Shown here: piece by piece, positions 18,699 to 31,470 of the stretch
Layout of the letters: each line of letters opens with the position of its first letter
Position numbering within the stretch: the stretch's first letter is position 1
NCBI GenBank assembly: GCA_002269645.1
Contig: NIVC01002007.1
Coordinates: 149,687 to 213,686, forward strand
Reading direction: 5' to 3'
DNA length: 64,000 nt
DNA from: Macrostomum lignano
Taxonomy: Eukaryota
Translations under genes and position numbers: made by a program
The notes under the pieces: model-generated
What the model saw: the letters and a program-made list of their open reading frames with translations, nothing else
Database searches by the model: none
What the model was told of the DNA's origin: nothing

Positions 18699-21154
18699 TT
18701 TTCACCCTAATTGGAGTTTATCGAAGACAACTTGTTTAACTTCAATCGGAACAAAAAGTACTCCCAGGGCGAGGATTGTAAAGCTCTTTATTAATTGTTC
18801 TTCAGTTTTTCCTGGCCAGTTTGCTCTGCAATTAGAGCAGCCTATGTTTTCCTTCTTATTGGCTTTTTCCGGTGCCAGCTCTCAGAGTTAGAGGCAGCCA
18901 TCGTGAGGCGTGAGCGATTGAAAATTTAGGATAGCTCTGAGCTGCGGCAGAGATGAGGTTGATGGGAGTTGAGAACCCCCCTCCTCCTCCCACCCCGCAG
19001 GCTCATCGCTGCCGGTGGCCTTGGCTGCACAATACGGTTGAGCCATGGTGACGAAATAAAAACTTGAAAATAAACAGCTGAAATAGCAACTGGAACACAA
19101 AGGTTAGTGCAACTATATAGATAAGCACTATATTTTTCCTAATTTTGAATATTGAGAAAAACAGAATATTAACCAGATATCCTACTCACACTAAAAGTAT
19201 AAAGCTATGATAGTAAAATATTGTGAAACTTTCGCAAAGATGATCGTGAACAGAGAACGTTTTTTTATTTAAGGGCCTCTTTAAAATTCATATGCCTACC
19301 CAGAATGGTTGGATGAGGGGCGCACCGGATCAAGCAAGTTCATGTTGCCTTTCCAACAACTATCAGATTCACGAACTGCCGGTGACTGAGAAATCTGCAG
19401 CAACCGGAGGCAACAAAAATGACAACGACAACAGCAAAACGCGGCCCTGAGAAGTAAAGGGTGCGTCAGATGGCCTCAGAGTCGCACAGCAGACAGTCTA
19501 CGTATCAATGGCTCGTGCCTGGCCACAGGAAGTCGGTCCCGACGCTCTCATCAGCTCGAACGTTTGCATGGAGCAGCCATGAGTGCGCAGAGTCCAGTCG
19601 CCGCTCCAGTGTGACCGTCAGCATCCACGTCCCGGCGTTGTACGCCTGGGCCGCGGCATCCGTGTATCAAGCCCGCTAGAATGTACATGTAAGCCGTGCC
19701 GGTGAGCACCTCAATTGAGCGCGAGTCTTGCAGCCCTCAAAGGTACAAGTAAAGTCTTGGGGAAGATAATGAAACCGCGGCGTTGGAGGAAAGCGACGTC
19801 TTACGAGACACACAGGCCGCGAACCCTACTTATTGAAAGATTTCTAGTGATCGATTTGTAAATCGACGAAAAAAGGAAAAAAAGCCGGCATTCATCTACT
19901 GCCAGCAGTAACCTACAATAGTTTACTGTATGAACACTGTCTAATCTTCAGTTCTGTTTTTAATGCGATTTTAGGTGACGATTATAAATTCAGCATATCA
20001 TCAAGATTCATCAAAATATCGTGTCGTTCTACACCTTCCTTTTTTTAATGAATAAATATTTAGTCTTTTCTCTTTTTATCATGTCGTGCTCACTAAATAT
20101 TTTAATAACTATTGCGTCTACTTATCCAGCACAATTTCGTTTTTAGCGGTATTATTTGTTTTGTCAGTTTAAAACAAAATTTTCACACATAGTTGCTCTG
20201 TTTTGCAGACTAATTCAACCAAATTTATTCTATAAATTACAAATTAAATTTATTAATGGCAGAGACAGATTTTTTATTAAAATTATGTATCTCGTTGTAT
20301 TTTATCATCGCGGATTAAAAAATGGCGCTATTCAAATGTTTACTACCTTAAAAAAGAGCTCTTAGAGCTCCCAATGTCATTTTGTTACAATGTAGTTGTA
20401 GCGAGTATGTAAGTGCTGTGTCGGAATAGAATTTATTCACAAATTAGAATGCTGACTATTGCATAAATTAGTATTACTTGTTAATGTTACCCTAGAAAAT
20501 TATCGTGCTAATTTAGTTCTGCTCCAAACAAGTTTTGCTGTGCACACATTGATTTTTCTCAAATCTGTGCTTGTATAGTCTTTCAAGCAACAAAACAGCA
20601 TGTAGGAAAACTGGTCTCAAGTAAGGTAGATTTTTAAGTAAATTTACAACCATCTGCGACTATTTAGGCTGAAAATTTACACTGGCCGCGTTCATTAATT
20701 GTTGTTTTTTTATTACTTTTTGTAGACAAAGAAAAACTAAGCTTAATGATTTTATTGTTTTTATGGATAGCATTGCATTTAAAATAAAAGACATGTAATC
20801 GTATGCTTGCATTCATTTTACTGGAAACTTGTCTGCTACTACTTAAATCACCTTTTAAAGTGTTTTTTTCTCTCATTCTTTTTAACCTGATGATTTGTAA
20901 ATAGACATTATTAACATTTTCTTTTGCTGTATTTTTAATTGGTAGAATAAATATCATTTATGTTTATTTTTGCCTTGTGTTCAAAATATTTATTAATTCT
21001 TGATAATGATTGCACAAAAGTAAAATATTTTAAGTACAGCCAATGAAATCAAGAGATAAATTCTATATGAGAGGGCAAATCGATCTAAACTATAAATCTT
21101 GAATATATTTAATCAAACATATAACTTCCATTCGTTCATTCATTTATGATAACA

Positions 21155-21758
21155 ATGTCCCCTACAAATTTGCAGGCAGAACGAAATTCTTTGCATCTAG
21201 AGATTAGAAACTTTAAAAGATCAAGCCTTCGTTCACTTGGAGAGCAGGAATCACCCAGTGGTAAGTGCACTATATCTCAGTTTGAAGGAGAATAGGGTAC
21301 AGATGAGTTTAACCTTAGAGGCACCCAGATGAGAAGAGAATGAGAATAGTGGCACTTATCAATCGGCGCATTCTGTACTCGCAGACGACAGAGCAGCACA
21401 GAAGCCGGAACCTCCTCCAACGAAGCCGAAGCCCAAAATGACGAGGACTGCTTCGATGCCGACGCCTCCAGTGCCACCGCCGCGTCAAACGCGACCTCCG
21501 CTGACGGCGCAGAACGCCCCGCCACATCAGGTTTCCAATCCTCCCACGCCGAAGCCTCGCAGATCGTCGGCAAGCGGTCCCAGCGGAGGTCAGCAGATCT
21601 CTACTCTGCAAACGAGTAGAGATCTTAGGAACAGGCCGTTGCCACCCACGCCCGTGGAAGATCGCAGTCAGCAGCGCAGGAGTCTGCAGCATCGATTCCA
21701 GTTTAAGCCGGAGACATTGTTTCCGCCGGCGCAGCCCTTACAGGAATCTGGTCGATAA
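21155..21758 (+). CDS. Compact WIP/verprolin-like actin regulator (WH2 + Pro-rich + WASP-binding motif), 2 exons, ~159 aa
   Basis: ATG at 21155; exons 21155-21260 and 21385-21758 (phase 1 GT-AG) total 480 nt. WH2-like RNSLHLEIRNFKRSSLRS, PPVPPPR, RNRPLPPTP, and C-terminal LQHRFQFKPETLFPPAQP resembling the WIP ESRFYFHPISDLPPPEP motif. Confidence 0.68.
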
Positions 21759-23227
21759 AAGTCGTGACTGGTTTTGATTCGCTCAGTAATTTTTCAAACA
21801 GCTCTCGTTGAACAACCTTAGAAATGTGTCTTGTAAGTATTTTTCTCAATGTCCTATCAAAGGAATATCTTTATTCGTTCTGTGTCAATTTACGCGACAA
21901 ATTAATTATCCATAACTGTTATGTTATCTTTCTCCCAGTTTAATATTTATTTAAGATTTTGTTAAAATTGTCATATTTTCATATCATACCCTTATCCTCA
22001 TATTTTTTCTCTGTAAACTTGAGCAGCTGCAGCCACTGTTGCATAATCAAAGTCTGCCACTCTTACGGAAAACGGTTGTTCGTCTGACTTTGTCAAAGAC
22101 TAAAAAACCACCAAATATCTGGGTAGCGGAACACCGGATTTTTCACACTTGATTTTTGTCCCACTGACATTTAGACATCGTCAACTTTCCTTTCTTTAAA
22201 ATCTGTTATTTTAATTTTAGACTACTAAAAGATAGATATACTACTACTAGTAGTAATACTACTAGCAAACTTGGCATTCGTTGGTGTCCAGCACGAGTCC
22301 CAAACCCAGTTACGCAGACGTTTAAGCAAAGTGCCGATATTTCGAATATTAATCTACCTTAGGGTGTTATTCTCATTAATTTTGTTACTTTGTACCGAAA
22401 TTTGCCCTTAAAGTTGCTTATTTTTCATTTTAACGCTAACAACTCTTTGACCACTAACTTTCACTAAAAAAGTTATTTTTAATAACGCTGCTCAACACTG
22501 CTGATGCACATTTAATCTGTCCATTCGCAACACTCACTTATGTTTTAATAATGAAAACTTATACTTTTTCATTCATTATTAACACTGATATACAAGATCG
22601 CTGTCAACTGCAAATGTACGAAAAACATGCAAACATTCAATGAATGGATTGATTTTTTTAGTTAAAACTAACTACAGTCCGCTGTAGCTGTAATTATACA
22701 CTGAAAAAATATTCGTTTTTTATTTTTTTAACTTGCGTTCTGTATTTATTTGTAGTAATTTCCGTGTTTTCTAGAGTTGTTAAAATTATTCGCAAACATT
22801 TAAAACTCAGATATACTTCACACAAACCGAAAAATGCCAGCGAAGGCAATAGTAGAAACGGAAATTTTGTAAACTCAAAAATCGCGTTTCGGTATGACAG
22901 ATTTACGCAGAAGTGACTACTTATACTTAAAAATATCAAGAAGGACCAGGTTTTTTCGGGATACACTATGTACAACAAAAATATTGCGAAATGATATATA
23001 TTTTAGAAAAGGTGTACACAAAAAAGAACTTTTTTCCATTTTTATGCAGTTAGAATAAATGATAGAATTTAAACCACTTACTCCTTTATGTGTTACTCCT
23101 TATTGGTTCTAAAAATAGTAACTCAATGACCTTCACACAGGGGTAGTCAGACCGCCATCTAACGTGAATCGAATCCCACCATATTAACATGTGCATGTAA
23201 ATTGTAAATTTCCTCAAGGTCAAACAC

Positions 23228-23251
23228 CATCACGTGACAGCTCTGAGCCAA
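23228..23251. promoter_or_regulatory. Composite TCACGTGA (CLEAR/E-box) + CTGAGCCA element, copy 1 (3' of p62)
   Basis: CATCACGTGACAGCTCTGAGCCAA; near-identical to the copy at 24178. Function is inferred only. Confidence 0.35.
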
Positions 23252-23393
23252 TGAGCGTTTCCAGTAGAAATGGCCTTAAGAGATTCCCAAAGGTTGCTCC
23301 CTCGCATAATCATTACATTAGCGGTGCAAAAAGTTTAATTAGTCCAGTTTCAAAGATTCCTCATTTCACCATCTCAAACGAAATTCTCGATGA

Positions 23394-25122
23394 TCACTTT
23401 CCACCACCGTTCAGTGGCCGAATGGCGTCCAACACGGCGCAGATGTCACCGTCCTTGGACGTCAGCAGGCGCGTCAGCCAGCCACCGTCGTCATTGAAGC
23501 CCATGGCGGTCATGTGCTCGAGGGAGCGGGCAATCTTCGGGTCCAGTGCGGCCAACAGTTCGAAGCCACCGTCGCTGCAGTTACCGCCGGTGGTGCCGCC
23601 GCCAACGAATGAGGCAGAAGTTGCTTCCATTGGCACGGAACCGAAGGCGGCTCCGCTCTCGGAGTGCGGCGGCGGCGGCGGCGGCGGAGGCTGACTCGGC
23701 GTGCAGAAGTTGGACTGGGCCAGGACAGGTCCGCGCGGCCCGGCGCTGGACTCGGCCGAGGCCGAGCTGCTCGTCTTGATAGTCGCATCCGACGATGGGG
23801 TTCGGGCTGTCGAAGCCTGCACGCCAGCGTCAGACTCTTGGCGCATCACCTGCGAGGTGGTGACGGTGAAGCTGGAGTCCTTCTTTACAAGTCTATTTTT
23901 GCATTTGCATCACTGAGTCCCTGGGGTATCAGAGTTGGGTTACATCCTGGACGGGTTCTGTTATCTTTGTCTAAAACTGTAACTGATGCGTGATGACCTT
24001 CACAACTAACGTGACCCAAATTTTTTTTACACACTAATGAAGCCTAAGTGTTTGATGTACATTGCTGATAGGAGGATTTCCCCTTATTGTTCAAGGTCAA
24101 ATCGATTTCTGGTTCTGCCTGTCTTACACAAGGTCATAGATATCAATTGCCGCAATTGGACGCAACAGTAATCACGACATCACGTGATAGCTCTGAGTCA
24201 AGAACGTAAAACGTATGTGTTGCCAATAGAAACAGCCTTGACTGCTTGAGCGCTTCTCAAGGTTGCTCAAGATATGCCCTCAATCACTCACTTGGATGGA
24301 TGCGTCGATGCCCATTGGCTGCAGGGCGGTGCTGATGGCGCTAGTCACGTGCTCAACAAGCAGCTGCTGCTCGGTGCAGACGCTGGCAGCCGAGGTAGCC
24401 AGTGGCGGCGTGGAAGCTCCGCTGCTGACGAGCTCCGTGGCGACTGTCGCCATGGCAGCTGCGTCGCGCATGGCGCAGCCGCGGCCACCGCGGCGCTGCC
24501 CGGACCCGGCATTGTCATCGGTGTTGCCGCTGGCGTGCGACTCGGCGACGGCCAGCTGGCCGCGGTGATGGCGCTGGAAGCAGCGACGCATCCCCGGATG
24601 CTGCCAGCCGCCGCCCCACCCACCGGCGAAGCCGCCGCCCCAGCCGCCGTCGCCTGGTCGCCGGATTAGCTTCATCTGGTGCTGGTTGTGCGAGTCCTTA
24701 TTGAGACAGTCGCGGCAGAGGTCGAAGTCGGGACAGACAAGGCACTTGAACCTGTAGCCCCTGATGCCAGAGTTGCAGCCGTCGCAGTAGACGCCCGGAT
24801 GAACAATGGCGTTCTGGTCGAAGGTGTCGGGAGAGCCGACTAGCGAGACGTAGACACGCACGGCAGCGCCGGGCCCCGAATTCGACAGGGTCAGCTGGCC
24901 GACAGCGTCAGCCAGTTCGGGGCTGCTGCTGAAGACGATGCGGTCGCCCTCTAGATCGAGCCAGCGCAGGCGCAACGGCTTGTTCGGCGAGATGTCGAAC
25001 ACGGACTGGATGCGCTGCACCAAGCAGGCGTAGCCGCGGCCATCGTTGCAGACGGTTTCGGGCAAGCTGAAACGCCTGATCTCGTCTTCGTAGTACACCT
25101 TGAATGGGATCTCAGAGTTCAT
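23394..25122 (-). CDS. SQSTM1: Sequestosome-1/p62/Ref(2)P autophagy receptor, 2 exons, ~428 aa
   Basis: Exons 25122-24292 and 23849-23394 (phase 0). PB1 ([12 protein letters not shown]...[13 protein letters not shown]), ZZ finger ([32 protein letters not shown]), LIR-like DGGFELL and UBA ([33 protein letters not shown]). No DPSTGE KIR motif seen. Confidence 0.96.
24178..24201. promoter_or_regulatory. Composite TCACGTGA (CLEAR/E-box) + TGAGTCA (AP-1) element, copy 2 (p62 intron)
   Basis: CATCACGTGATAGCTCTGAGTCAA. Confidence 0.4.
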
Positions 25123-26039
25123 CTTGGTAGGCTTGAGAATTGATAGTGTCCGGAAAATTAGTGTTAATCTTGGTCGGAATCGGAGCGCGAACGGGTTCTG
25201 GCTCTGTTTCAGAATTTTTTCTCCTTAGTTTTATAGACGTCTTGTGACGAAGGCTTTTTTCACTCGTTTCCAGACCGACGTATGTTTATCGTTGTCATGT
25301 GATTCAGCAGAAACGACGCAGAGGGGGGGTCGCCAGTACTGTACGCGGGAAAGAACGGTTGGGTAGACGTAGGGGCTGAATGTACAGTGAGGCATAAAAT
25401 AGACTTTCAGAGGGCAGAGAGGCAAATGTACATTCCCCGGTAAGGCTTGTACAGGCTTTTGTTCTATTTTTAGAAACTCACTGGGTAAACGTTGAATCTA
25501 CGTTGGATTTTCGGAATCGGGGTAGACAGGCAGGGAGGAGGTCTAACATTGGCCGAACGAATGCCGCCTCTTCATGGCAAAGCTGGATCTGGGGTGTCTT
25601 TTGTTTTAACGAAATCAGCTGACCCGCAGATGGCGCAACTCTCATACTATTTTCTGCATTGTAATGACTGGAAATAAATATCTTGAAGATGGAGGAAAAG
25701 GAGAGAGAGAGTTCTAGGGCTCGAACTCAGTCAGCTGATGCGGCCGACGAAACTCGACTGTCTCAAACCTGGCTAACTAACTCACTTAGTTTACATTGAC
25801 GACATGTATTTTTAGCTACTCGGCCTGGGTCTGGGTGTGGCTAGCAAAACGGGGCAATAGAAAAAAGCTTCTAGTCAGGCAATGAGCAAAATTTATTACT
25901 TATTATTTTGCAGCAATGTGAGTTATCGTCGAAAATATTTTTATGGCTCTTTCTACATGTATAATGAAAATTAACCAAGTGACAATTCATTTCTTCTCAA
26001 ACTCATTAAACTTGGTGCCACTGTTCTCCAGTGTCTCAA

Positions 26040-26845
26040 ATCTGGCGCCAATAACATAAATCTGGCGCCAAAAACATGAATCTGGCGCCAATAACATGAA
26101 TCTGGCGCCATAGCCTTGAATCTAGCGCCATAGCCTTGAATCTAGCGCCAAAGCCTTGAATCTAGCGCCAAAGCCTTGAATCTAGCGCCATAGCCTTGAA
26201 TCTGGCGGCAATAACATGAATCTGGAGCCTCATTCTTGAATCTGGCGCCATTTTAATGAATCTGGCGCCATTATCGTGAATCTGGCGCCATTGTCATAAA
26301 TCTGGTGCTATTAGCATGAATCTGGCGCTATTATCATGAATCTGGCGCCATTATCTTGAATCAGGCGCCATTATCGTGAATCAGGCGCCATTGTCATAAA
26401 TCTGGTGCTATTAGCATGAATCTGGCGCTATTATCATGAATCTGGCGCCATTATCTTGAATCAGGCGCCATTATCGTGAATCAGGCGCCATTGTCATAAA
26501 TCTGGTGCTATTAGCATGAATCTACGGCATTATCTTCAATCTGGTACCATTATGATGAATCTGGCGCCATAATCTTGAATCTGGCGCCATAGCCTTGAAT
26601 CTTGCGCTATTATCATGAATCTGGCGTCATCATCTTAAATCTGGCGCTATTTTCATGAATTTACGGCATTATCTTCAATCTGGCACCATTATCATGAATC
26701 TGGCGCCATTAGCATGAATCTGGCGCTATTATAATGAATCTACGGCATTATCTTCAATCTGGCGCCATTAGCATGAATCTGGCGCCATAATCTTGGATCT
26801 GGCGCCATAGCCTTGAATCTGGCGCCATAATCTTGAATCTGGCGG
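26040..26845. repeat. 20-bp minisatellite GAATCTGGCGCCATTATCAT with diverged variants
   Basis: Visible periodicity. Confidence 0.93.
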
Positions 26846-27304
26846 CCGTCTTACTTTAGCGCATTGACCAGGTTATATCTGCTTATCCAAAACACCTCGA
26901 ACCTTTTCTATTTCCTCACAGATTTTTCAATGAGCTGTTTTTCGCTACTGTAAGTAGCACTGAAAGAAAATGGTGAACTAAAAGTCACTCAGCTGCGGTT
27001 AGTGTTAAGTTGTTTTTGGCGTTCTCCATCAATTCTCCACCCTTTCTCCACCCTATTAATTGTTTGACTTAGCGTGGTGGCGTGACTCGAATGGTAGAGT
27101 GCAAGTACTGTTATCAGCAGAACATGTTTCCTTTCGCTTTTCTGTACCCAACCCTGAGCTCTTATTTTTTGTACCTGCAATTAGTGTAAAATAAATTTAT
27201 AGCTCCATCAAAAGTACAAAGCTGCTTTGAAAGCTATTCAATTACTATCGTTATGGAAGTTCATGTCCACTGACCAATCTGAGGGGGGGGGTTGAGTCAA
27301 AGGT

Positions 27305-27575
27305 AGGAGAAGGGGGTCAAAGCTGGGTGAGGGGGGTCAAATCTGGGTGAGAGGGGTCAAATCTGGGTGAGACGGGTCAAATCTGGGTGAGGGGGTCAAA
27401 TCTGGGTGAGGGGGTCAAATCTGGGTGAGGGGGTCAAATCTGGGTGAGGGGGTCAAATCTGGGTGAGGGGGTCAAATCTGGGTGAGGGGGTCAAATCTGG
27501 GTGAGGGGGTGGGTCAAATCTGGGTGAGGGGGTGGGTCAAATCTGGGTGAGGGGGTGGGTCAAATCTGGGTGAGG
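27305..27575. repeat. 19-bp minisatellite GGGGTCAAATCTGGGTGAG
   Basis: Visible periodicity. Confidence 0.93.
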
Positions 27576-28168
27576 TGGTCAAATATCGTGCATGGGGTCA
27601 GATCTTGAGTAGGGGGGGGAGTCAACTCTGAATCAAGGAGTCAAATCTGGATGAAGTGCTCAAATTTTGGTTGCCAATGTGACGTTCCAATTGACCGATT
27701 CCAAAATTCATATTCACCGATTTATAACAAGACTCAGCGCACTCGAAGAAGCTCTGAAAATTTTCCGTTTTAGTTTACTAAAAGAATCCATAAAAAAAGT
27801 TACACAAAGCGAACCCAAAAAGATATTCGAGCACAGCTGTCTCAAACCCGAAAGTCCAGACTCTGTGCTTGCAATCGAAGATGTGAAATTCACAGCCTCA
27901 ACCCCCAGCTCTGTCTGCTTGGAAGCTTGAAGACAGACTGCTTGCTGCAAACAATTGAAAGAAGCTACAATTGCGGCGGCTGAAATGAAAGAGTTAAGAA
28001 ACAGACAAGCGCCTTAGGGTCAAAACCCAAGTCCAGGTCGCAAAGGCAGGCCAAGCCCAGTATTCATTTCTATTTTATCGCTTTTCAAGCTCTCCCCCCT
28101 ATGTTTTGGTATATAGCGAGCAACCTATATTCAAATGTAATTTGCTCCTACACACACTGAGCATATAA

Positions 28169-28434
28169 CAGGGGCGCTGGGGGCAGTTAAAAAGTGAGCA
28201 GTCTGCAAGTCCATACCCAGCCCCTCTCATATAGGCACGTGCGGTAGCTCAACCCCTGCACCCACCAAAAAATTTTTTTACCAACACAGCAATTCGGCTG
28301 CAAAAGTCAGGAGGAGGGTGCCCTTCCCCCCTGCTGTGCATAGCGGCTGCTGTATGAGCTCAACTTGACAGGCGCAAGTCGTAAATCAAAAGCCGCAGTC
28401 CCGACAACCAACCCCCCCCTTTCAAGCGCCCCTG
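28169..28434. mobile_element. Possible MITE bounded by 10-bp inverted repeats CAGGGGCGCT / AGCGCCCCTG
   Basis: Perfect 10-bp inverted repeats 266 bp apart; no target-site duplication evident. Confidence 0.3.
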
Positions 28435-29514
28435 CATGCAGGCGACCATTGCTGACCCCAGCCCAGTGTGACAGCAGCGCCTTCAAAGCCCTGCCCGCCG
28501 CCACTGCCCCTCTCAGCTGCAGCAGAACCCTGGGAGAGGCGCTGCACAGTGAGGGACTGAGGGGAGAGAGAGGGGGGAGGCAGCTCAGGACCCTTCATCA
28601 GTAGTCGAGGGGGTTAGGAAGGGGTTGTCGGCCCAAATGCTGCTATCAGGCCACTTAGATTGCATTGCTTTGAAGTCAGCCAATGAGAGTCAGTCGGCCA
28701 GTTTTGGACTCGCGACTTTGCGTTGTATGCTCGCGCACTGCTACTGAGGCTGCTGCTCAGGCTTAAATAAGTTTCAATATTAGGCTGCTTACCCCAGAAA
28801 CTTGCACCAGACCAGGCCCCTAACAACCAACTGTGTGTGTGCGGCCTTTCATTGGAAGACAGAAAGACAGAAAGACACCCGCACACTGTCTGCCCTTCCC
28901 AGCACAGCTACACTCGGCGCAAACATATTTATACAAATGTATATTCATATTTGCGCTAGCAGGCGGAGTTGGCGCGGACACAAGCAGAGCCACCGCATAC
29001 GCAGAGGAAATACCGCGACAAAGAAGCGTTGCACTTGCATGCTGGAACTTGGTCCCGGAAGTGCTTGACCTATCCGTAAGTATAAGAGCAACCGGACTTC
29101 TGTTACAGCACTTCTTGTTTCGGTGTTGCATTGTAGTTGCATTGCGTTGGATCTACATGTATTTTTTTTGAAAATTCATTTCAACTTTTCAACGCAGTGC
29201 CACTGCGGTGCCCACCGAGGTGCCTAAACCATCGGGTGCTCTCTTCTCACTGGAGTTTGTGCTCAATTTAATCATATATCTATTTTGTGAGCACTCCATT
29301 TTACTGCGGTTGTTTGCAGCACCGCTAAAACTTTATTTTGTTTGTCGGTACGGTCCTATATGGCACAAACTAATTTTGCTAATTCTAACTAGTTTGGTCA
29401 ATAAGACTTTTGTTTCATAGAGTTAAGAAAATATTTTTAATCTTTTCATTCCTACGATGTTTGTTCATACCAAATTTTTTAATTTTTTAAATCAATGAAA
29501 TTATCTAAGTTCCT

Positions 29515-30010
29515 CTCCCTCTCCTGTCTCCCTCTCTGGTCTCCCTCTCCTGTCTCCCTCTCTGGTCTCCCTTTCCTGTCTCCCTCTCTGGTCTCCCTCT
29601 CTGGTCTCCCTCTCCTGTCTCCCTCTCTGGTCTCCCTCTCTGGTCTCCCTCTCTGGTCTCCCTCTCTGGTCTCCCTCTCCTGTCTCCCTCCCCTGTCTCC
29701 CTCTCCTGTCTCCCCCTCCTGTCTCCCTCTCTGGTCTCCCTCTCTGGTCTCCCTCTCCTGTCTCCCTCTCCTGTCTCCCTCTCCTGTCTCCCTCTCCTGT
29801 CTCCCTCTCCTGTCTCCCTCTCCTGTCTCCCTCTCCTGTCTCCCTCTCCTGTCTCCCTCTCCTGTCTCCCTCTCCTGTCTCCCTCTCCTGTCTCCCTCTC
29901 CTGTCTCCCTCTCCTGACTTCTCTCTCTACTGTTTCCCTCTGGTCTCCCTCTCCTGTCTCCCTCTCTGGTCTCCCTCTCCTGTCTCCCTCTCTTGTCTCC
30001 CTCTTTTATC
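29515..30010. repeat. 13-bp pyrimidine-rich minisatellite TCCCTCTCCTGTC
   Basis: Visible periodicity. Confidence 0.93.
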
Positions 30011-31394
30011 TCCCTCTCCTGTCTCCCTCTCTTGTCTACTTATCTTGTCTACTTCTCTTGTCTACTTCTCTTGTCTGCCTCTCTTGTCTCCCTCTCCCCT
30101 CCCCTGCCTGTACAAAGCGTCTGTTTTAGGAACAAAAAGCTGACTTCTTCGAGAGTTTCAACGTGTAATTTTCTGCAACAAACCAATGTTGTTACTGCCA
30201 GTAGGCCAGAATGGCAGGCTAGAAGCATTTCGAATTTGCAAAAAACAATTCCCCAAAGCAGCCCCCCCCCCCAAAAGTGACGGCAGTACACTGCGTACGG
30301 AATTATCGGGGCTTAGAAAGAATACCAGCCATTTACCTATCCGACTTTCTATTCCCATATTTGGGATTTTATCCGCGCCGGCGCTGCAGAGCGCCAATTC
30401 CTTCCCAAACAGACTAAACTTCGAGACGGCGAAATGTCACGGCAGCGGGAGGGGGGTGGCTTGACTTGCAAATTCCTGACAGACCGACGGATCGGGGAGG
30501 CTGGCTAGAGATAGATGGAGAAATTAGGCAGCCAAGCAAAGTATGAAGACCAGGGACCTCTGCTTACACTTGGACAGAGAGATTGCCTCAAAATTCTAAC
30601 AACAGTAAGCGCACAATGTCTGAAAAACAAGTGCGATAGGAGCAAAGACCACTGAAGCATAATAGGACTTAAAAAACTCAAAGATCGTGCAACTTTTGGA
30701 GGCCAGTTTCCTGCAAAAAACTAACTGTGGAGATCGGAAAAAATCTTATTTTATCGCATACTTGCAATCAATGATTGAATTTCATCTGGGCAGTGAAGAT
30801 TATCACCAATCCTTTAATTTGGTTCCAGTCCAGGTTATCCAGAAGTCCCTGGCAGAGGAAGTCGCTGACTGGCCTTGGAGGCCGCAGTGTGGAAGGCAGG
30901 TTTCCACTTTGCCGGGATGGGTCGGGGGGCTTCGTGTGCGCACTTTTCGGGAATTTTCCGATGTCGGACGGATGAACGCGAGGTGAACCAGACAAACAGT
31001 GAATTGCATGTGCAACAGGAACTTTGCAAAATGCTTTTATGAGTTGCTGATAAAATTGTGTCGTTTTAGTTAATCCAGCTGACTCAGTGCAAACGAAGGC
31101 ATGACCGAAATGCGAATGGCACAGGAAATTAATTGTATCAGTTTTTAACCGAAATATTACACTTCGACATCGAATTATTCTGTAACAATTATTCTTCTGT
31201 GCTGAAGGGATCTGCAACTAGACAATTTTTATCGGCAATTAATAAACATGCTTTGCGCCGGTTCTAAGAATTGGGTCAGTGAATTTGCTTTTTTGGTGTT
31301 CTAATTTAGCAATCTGAGTGCCATTCACCATGGGACAGAGTGCGTCCGTGCCAGACAATGAGCAAATCAGGACCTCTGTAAGACCCTGTACGTG

Positions 31395-31470
31395 GGGTGT
31401 GCCATAGCCTAGTGGTGCAGCGCGGCGCTCTGATGTACCAGCGGCCCAGGCTCGATTCCAAGTGCAGCCA
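31395..31470 (+). mobile_element. tRNA-like Pol III head (second SINE family or tRNA pseudogene)
   Basis: A-box TAGCCTAGTGG (31405-31415) and B-box-like GGCTCGATTCC (31449-31459) at tRNA-like spacing; no clean cloverleaf. Confidence 0.45.

Noticed and set aside
25728-25775. Hammerhead-like CTGATGC...CGAAAC...GTC upstream of p62
   Set aside because: The core has C instead of the conserved A, and stems I and II do not pair convincingly.
30870-30990. BIR-domain-like KAGFHFAGMG fragment
   Set aside because: Only one short motif; the Cys/His zinc ligands are absent and the frame has nearby stops.
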